This document shows, one piece after another, positions 14,545 through 17,267 of a DNA stretch of 17,267 bases (position 1 is its first letter; each line of letters starts with the position of its first letter). The stretch lies in contig CAZSGZ010000004.1 in NCBI GenBank assembly GCA_964606455.1, positions 23,259-40,525 on the forward strand. The letters are read 5' to 3'. The position numbers were made by a program, and so were the translations under genes. The notes under the pieces were generated by a model. The model worked only from the letters and a program-made list of their open reading frames with translations, did no database searches and was not told where the DNA came from. The DNA is from an uncultured Spirochaetales bacterium. GTDB lineage: Bacteria; Spirochaetota; Spirochaetia; SPDA01; CAZSGZ01.

Positions 14545-14553
14545 ATTGTAGCA
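14545..14553 (-). promoter_or_regulatory. Putative extended -10 promoter element (TGcTACAAT) for the WD40/kinase/orphan operon
   Basis: The minus strand reads ...tttaTGcTACAATgtacagtaAGGAtaacagtATG. The -10 TACAAT carries an upstream TG. The predicted TSS is ~12 nt upstream of the ATG at 14525 and includes the SD. Confidence 0.4.
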
Positions 14554-14586
14554 TAAAGGCGGAAAATTTTCATAGGCTGATGGACT

Positions 14587-14615
14587 TTGACTTTTCTCAA
14601 GCCAGCGTATACCAT
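14587..14615 (+). promoter_or_regulatory. Putative promoter for the Cys-rich-protein/oorDAB operon
   Basis: TTGACT (14587-14592), then a 15-17-bp spacer, then TATACC/TACCAT (14608-14615). An AAGGAG SD lies at 14640-14645, 8 nt before ATG 14654. The element assignment is weak. Confidence 0.25.
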
Positions 14616-14653
14616 ATAAGGCGGGATGAGAATTACAAAAAGGAGACACGGGA

Positions 14654-15190
14654 ATGGAATTAAAAACACCGAAAATTCCGGAAGAGTTCATCGAGACACT
14701 GCCGGAAGGGATGAAATTCGTCCACAAGCACGGACGGGAATTCCTCGTAGTGGAAGAGGTCTTCTGTCCGAAGGGACACTCCCTTATTGCCGATTCGGTA
14801 CGGATACACGGGGAACCCTCGATTAAAATAGACGTTACCATAGAAAATCAGAGGGGAAGTTTCTATATTGATGCGTTTTGGGGCAGTCACGCGAAACTTT
14901 ACAGCTTTATGCCTGTCTTAAAAGATAAAGATACTATTATCGAGGCGTTTTGTCCTGTCTGCGGAACAAGCCTGATAACGGAATCGGAGTGCGAACAGGA
15001 GTTATGTGCCGCGAAACAGCATATCTTTTTTGAACTGCCGGATAAAGGCAACCGTATCCTTGTTTGCGCGCGCCTCGGATGCCCGGGGCACAGAATCGAA
15101 ATTAGGAATATTCCGGAGGATGTAACCGAAATGGTAAGTGAAATAAACTATTTCGGTGCCCAGATGGATGATGTATTTAAAGGAATTTAA
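14654..15190 (+). CDS. Uncharacterised Cys-rich protein and first gene of the 2-oxoacid:ferredoxin oxidoreductase operon. It may be a metal (Zn/Fe)-binding accessory protein.
   Basis: The 178-aa ORF has a strong SD (AAGGAG). It carries seven Cys in ribbon-like pairs: CPKGH (38), CPVCG (100/103), C113, C118 and CARLGCPGH (139/144). Its stop is 5 nt before the ferredoxin ATG. There is no TM segment or signal peptide. Confidence 0.7.
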   Translation: MELKTPKIPEEFIETLPEGMKFVHKHGREFLVVEEVFCPKGHSLIADSVRIHGEPSIKIDVTIENQRGSFYIDAFWGSHAKLYSFMPVLKDKDTIIEAFCPVCGTSLITESECEQELCAAKQHIFFELPDKGNRILVCARLGCPGHRIEIRNIPEDVTEMVSEINYFGAQMDDVFKGI

Positions 15191-15195
15191 GAATA

Positions 15196-15441
15196 ATGGC
15201 AAATTATATCTATATTGAGAGTTCCGAGTGCAAGGGCTGCAGATTATGCGTCGAAGCATGTCCGAAAAACTGCATAGAAATCGGTACAAAGATAAACGAA
15301 ATCGGCTATCAGTATGCCGTATTTGCAAATCCGAACTGTATCGCCTGCGGATTCTGCTATTACGTCTGCCCCGAACCAGGGGCCATTACGGTATACAAAG
15401 ACGAAGAAAAGGACGGTAAGGATGTCGAGGCAATTGGTTAA
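15196..15441 (+). CDS. 2x[4Fe-4S] dicluster ferredoxin, the delta subunit (OorD/KorD-like) of the 2-oxoacid:ferredoxin oxidoreductase
   Basis: The 81-aa ORF has two canonical motifs: CKGCRLCVEACP and CIACGFCYYVCP (Cx2Cx2Cx3CP). It lies immediately upstream of the alpha and beta subunit genes. Confidence 0.85.
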   Translation: MANYIYIESSECKGCRLCVEACPKNCIEIGTKINEIGYQYAVFANPNCIACGFCYYVCPEPGAITVYKDEEKDGKDVEAIG

Positions 15442-16474
15442 AGGAAATGAAGCTGTTGTATACGGGGCCCTTTTTGGGGGGGCGACCCACTTTTTCGGAT
15501 ATCCCATTACTCCGGCAAGCGAAATTGCCCACGCGGCGGCCCTCTATTTCCGGAAAAGCGGGAGGTCCTTTCTGCAGGCCGAAGACGAGGTAAATGCCGT
15601 CAATATGCTCTACGGGGCGGCGTCCGCCGGTTCACGAGTCATGACCGCCACATCCGGTCCCGGTCTTTCCCTCATGTCGGAAGGAATATCCTATTTAGCG
15701 GGGGCGGAACTTCCGAGTGTCATTGTCGATGTACAGCGGGCAGGCCCCGGACTTGGAAACATCTGGCCTGAACAGAGCGACTACAATATGGTGGTAAAAG
15801 GAGGAGGCCACGGCAATTATAAAAACATTGTCCTTGCACCGAATTCCGCCCAGGAGCTCTGCGACATGACCTACAGGGCATTTGAGCTTGCCGACACATA
15901 CAGGATGACGGTAATTATCCTTTCCGACGCGTATATCGGTCAAATGATGGAGCCTATCATCCTTCCTTCGGAAATAAAACACGGTAAACGGAAGGAATGG
16001 GCCGTGTATGGGGACAAAGAAAGCAGGGAAAACCTCATTACTTCAATACTCATGAACACCCAGCTCTTAAGCGACCACAACTGGAAGCTCCAGGAAAAAT
16101 ACGCGAGGGTTGAACGGGAGTTTGTCGAATACGAAGAGCAGGAAGTGGAGGACGCGGAATATGTGTTCGCGGCCTTCGGCATCAGCGCGAGAATATGTCA
16201 AACCGCCGTGGAGGAATTACGTTCCATGGGAATAAAAATCGGACTTTTCCGACTGAAGACCCTTTTCCCCTTTCCGAAAGAGCGTCTCCGGAAAATAGGA
16301 AAACAGGTAAAGGGGATTTTCGTCGTGGAAATGAACAACGGTCAGATGGCTGAAGACGTCGAACTGGCCGTCGGAGGGGAAACTGAAATCCACCGGAACA
16401 ATGAACTCGGCGGCCTCGTTCCTACAACGACGACGTTAATCGAACAGGTAACCAAAACGGTAAAAGGACAGTAA
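15422..16474 (+). CDS. 2-oxoacid:ferredoxin oxidoreductase alpha subunit (OorA/KorA-like)
   Basis: The true start is most likely the ATG at 15422 (MSRQLVKGNEAVVYGALFGGATHFFGYPITPASEI..., a typical KorA N-terminus), giving 350 aa. This start overlaps the 3' end of the ferredoxin gene by 20 nt. The longer ORF-track version (15314) is an in-frame read-through of the ferredoxin gene in another frame. Confidence 0.85.
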   Translation: MSRQLVKGNEAVVYGALFGGATHFFGYPITPASEIAHAAALYFRKSGRSFLQAEDEVNAVNMLYGAASAGSRVMTATSGPGLSLMSEGISYLAGAELPSVIVDVQRAGPGLGNIWPEQSDYNMVVKGGGHGNYKNIVLAPNSAQELCDMTYRAFELADTYRMTVIILSDAYIGQMMEPIILPSEIKHGKRKEWAVYGDKESRENLITSILMNTQLLSDHNWKLQEKYARVEREFVEYEEQEVEDAEYVFAAFGISARICQTAVEELRSMGIKIGLFRLKTLFPFPKERLRKIGKQVKGIFVVEMNNGQMAEDVELAVGGETEIHRNNELGGLVPTTTTLIEQVTKTVKGQ

Positions 16475-16476
16475 GC

Positions 16477-17267
16477 ATGGTAAAACATCAAAAACCGGCG
16501 GCATTTTACGATACATTCGAACGAAAAGGACCGGGACAGAAAGTCACCCATTACTGCCCCGGCTGCGGTCACGGAACGGCACATAAACTCATTGCCGAAG
16601 CAATCGTGGAACTGGGTGTCCAGGACCGGGTGGTATTCATATCCCCCGTCGGCTGCAGTGTTTTCGCCTACTACTACTTCGACGTGGGGAACGTTGAAGC
16701 GGCCCACGGCAGAGCACCGGCGGTGGCAACCGGAATACGGCGCAGCCTGAAGGACGCCGTCGTTATCTCCTATCAGGGGGACGGCGACCTGGCCGGTATC
16801 GGAATGGGCGCTATAATTCACGCCGCGAACCGGGGTGAAAACATTACGGTATATTTTATCAACAATGCAATTTACGGAATGACCGGGGGGCAGATGGCGC
16901 CGACCACGCTGGTAGGGCAGAAAACACTGACAACGCCTCTAGGCAGATCGCTGCTGAAGGACGGGAACGCCATCGGCATGTGCGAACTTATCAATTCCCT
17001 TACCACACCGGTATACATCGAGCGTGTTTCGTTAGGCGACCCGAAGCGGGTCCTGAAGGCGAAAAAAGCGGTTTCCAAAGGTCTCCGTTATCAGGTAGAA
17101 GGAAGAGGGTTTTCCTTCGTTGAAATTCTATCGCCCTGCCCCGTCAACTGGAAAATGTCCGCCGGCGATTCCCGCAAATGGCTTATAGAAAACCTCGAAC
17201 CGATTTTTCCCGTGGCACAGTTTCGGGACGAACCGGAAAAACATAGCGGAGGGGACATTGAATATCC
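16477..17267 (+). CDS. 2-oxoacid:ferredoxin oxidoreductase beta subunit (TPP-binding; OorB/KorB-like), 5' partial. The 3' end lies outside the window.
   Basis: ATG at 16477 sits 2 nt after the alpha-subunit stop, with an AAAGGA SD. The translation is MVKHQKPAAFYDTFERK...HYCPGCGHG...SYQGDGDLAGIGMGAIIHAANRGENITVYFINNAIYGMTGGQ (TPP GDG-x(n)-NN motif). The frame is open to the window end. Confidence 0.85.
   Translation, partial: MVKHQKPAAFYDTFERKGPGQKVTHYCPGCGHGTAHKLIAEAIVELGVQDRVVFISPVGCSVFAYYYFDVGNVEAAHGRAPAVATGIRRSLKDAVVISYQGDGDLAGIGMGAIIHAANRGENITVYFINNAIYGMTGGQMAPTTLVGQKTLTTPLGRSLLKDGNAIGMCELINSLTTPVYIERVSLGDPKRVLKAKKAVSKGLRYQVEGRGFSFVEILSPCPVNWKMSAGDSRKWLIENLEPIFPVAQFRDEPEKHSGGDIEY

Noticed and set aside
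14526-14669. N-terminal extension of the WD40 ORF given in the ORF track (MFLIPFPCLLFVILIPPYMVYAGLRKVKVHQPMKIFRLYATMYSKDNS...)
   Set aside because: The extension is a read-through of the promoter/5'-UTR to the previous stop using a non-ATG codon. The ATG at 14525 has an AGGA SD and yields a canonical signal peptide, and the extended -10 promoter lies inside the putative extension.
15314-15421. N-terminal extension of the alpha-subunit ORF (MPYLQIRTVSPADSAITSAPNQGPLRYTKTKKRTVR...)
   Set aside because: This stretch lies within the ferredoxin gene in another frame. The conserved KorA N-terminus begins at ATG 15422.
1-17267. Mobile element, prophage, CRISPR, tRNA/rRNA or toxin-antitoxin content
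   Set aside because: I see no transposase or integrase-like ORF, no terminal inverted or direct repeats flanking a block, no repeat-spacer array, no tRNA-like cloverleaf candidates, and no small paired ORFs. Short intergenic spacers and coupled starts indicate ordinary chromosomal operons.

Overview
This 17.3-kb window is densely packed with protein-coding genes, about 13 CDSs, of which the first and last run off the window ends. The gene content points to an anaerobic bacterium; I cannot fix the taxon from sequence alone. I see no rRNA, tRNA, CRISPR array, transposase/integrase or terminal inverted repeats. Gene order is as follows. (1) 1-318 is the 3' end of a surface/secreted-protein gene with an Ig-like beta-sandwich tail, followed by a clear rho-independent terminator. 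(2) 494-3381 is a two-gene operon: a cytosolic SPFH/band-7 protein with a C-terminal SHOCT motif, then a 608-aa membrane-anchored protein carrying two Tim44-like plus double-zinc-ribbon modules and a C-terminal TerB-like domain. This resembles the YdjI/YdjG-type accessory genes of phage-shock (Psp) envelope-stress systems, but no PspA is present. (3) 5947-3378 on the minus strand holds a cytoplasmic DmsA-type (Cx3Cx3C) molybdopterin oxidoreductase catalytic subunit, translationally coupled to a small bitopic membrane protein. (4) 5968-10125, transcribed divergently from (3) across only 20 bp, is a 1385-aa single-chain fusion of two HgdC/BadF-type activase ATPase domains and a 2-hydroxyacyl-CoA-dehydratase-like module. 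(5) 14525-10111 on the minus strand is an operon encoding a signal-peptide-bearing 11-12-blade WD40 beta-propeller, a PdxK/PdxY-family kinase, and a 668-aa lysine-rich orphan protein. (6) 14654-17267 is an operon opening with an uncharacterised Cys-rich 178-aa protein, followed by the delta (2x[4Fe-4S] ferredoxin), alpha and beta (partial) subunits of an OorDAB-type 2-oxoacid:ferredoxin oxidoreductase. The candidates I rate highest for follow-up are the PspA-less SPFH/Tim44/TerB pair, the secreted-WD40/PdxK/orphan operon, the divergent Mo-enzyme/mega-activase pair, and the Cys-rich leader gene of the oor operon. All functional calls rest on motif recognition by eye, with no database searches.
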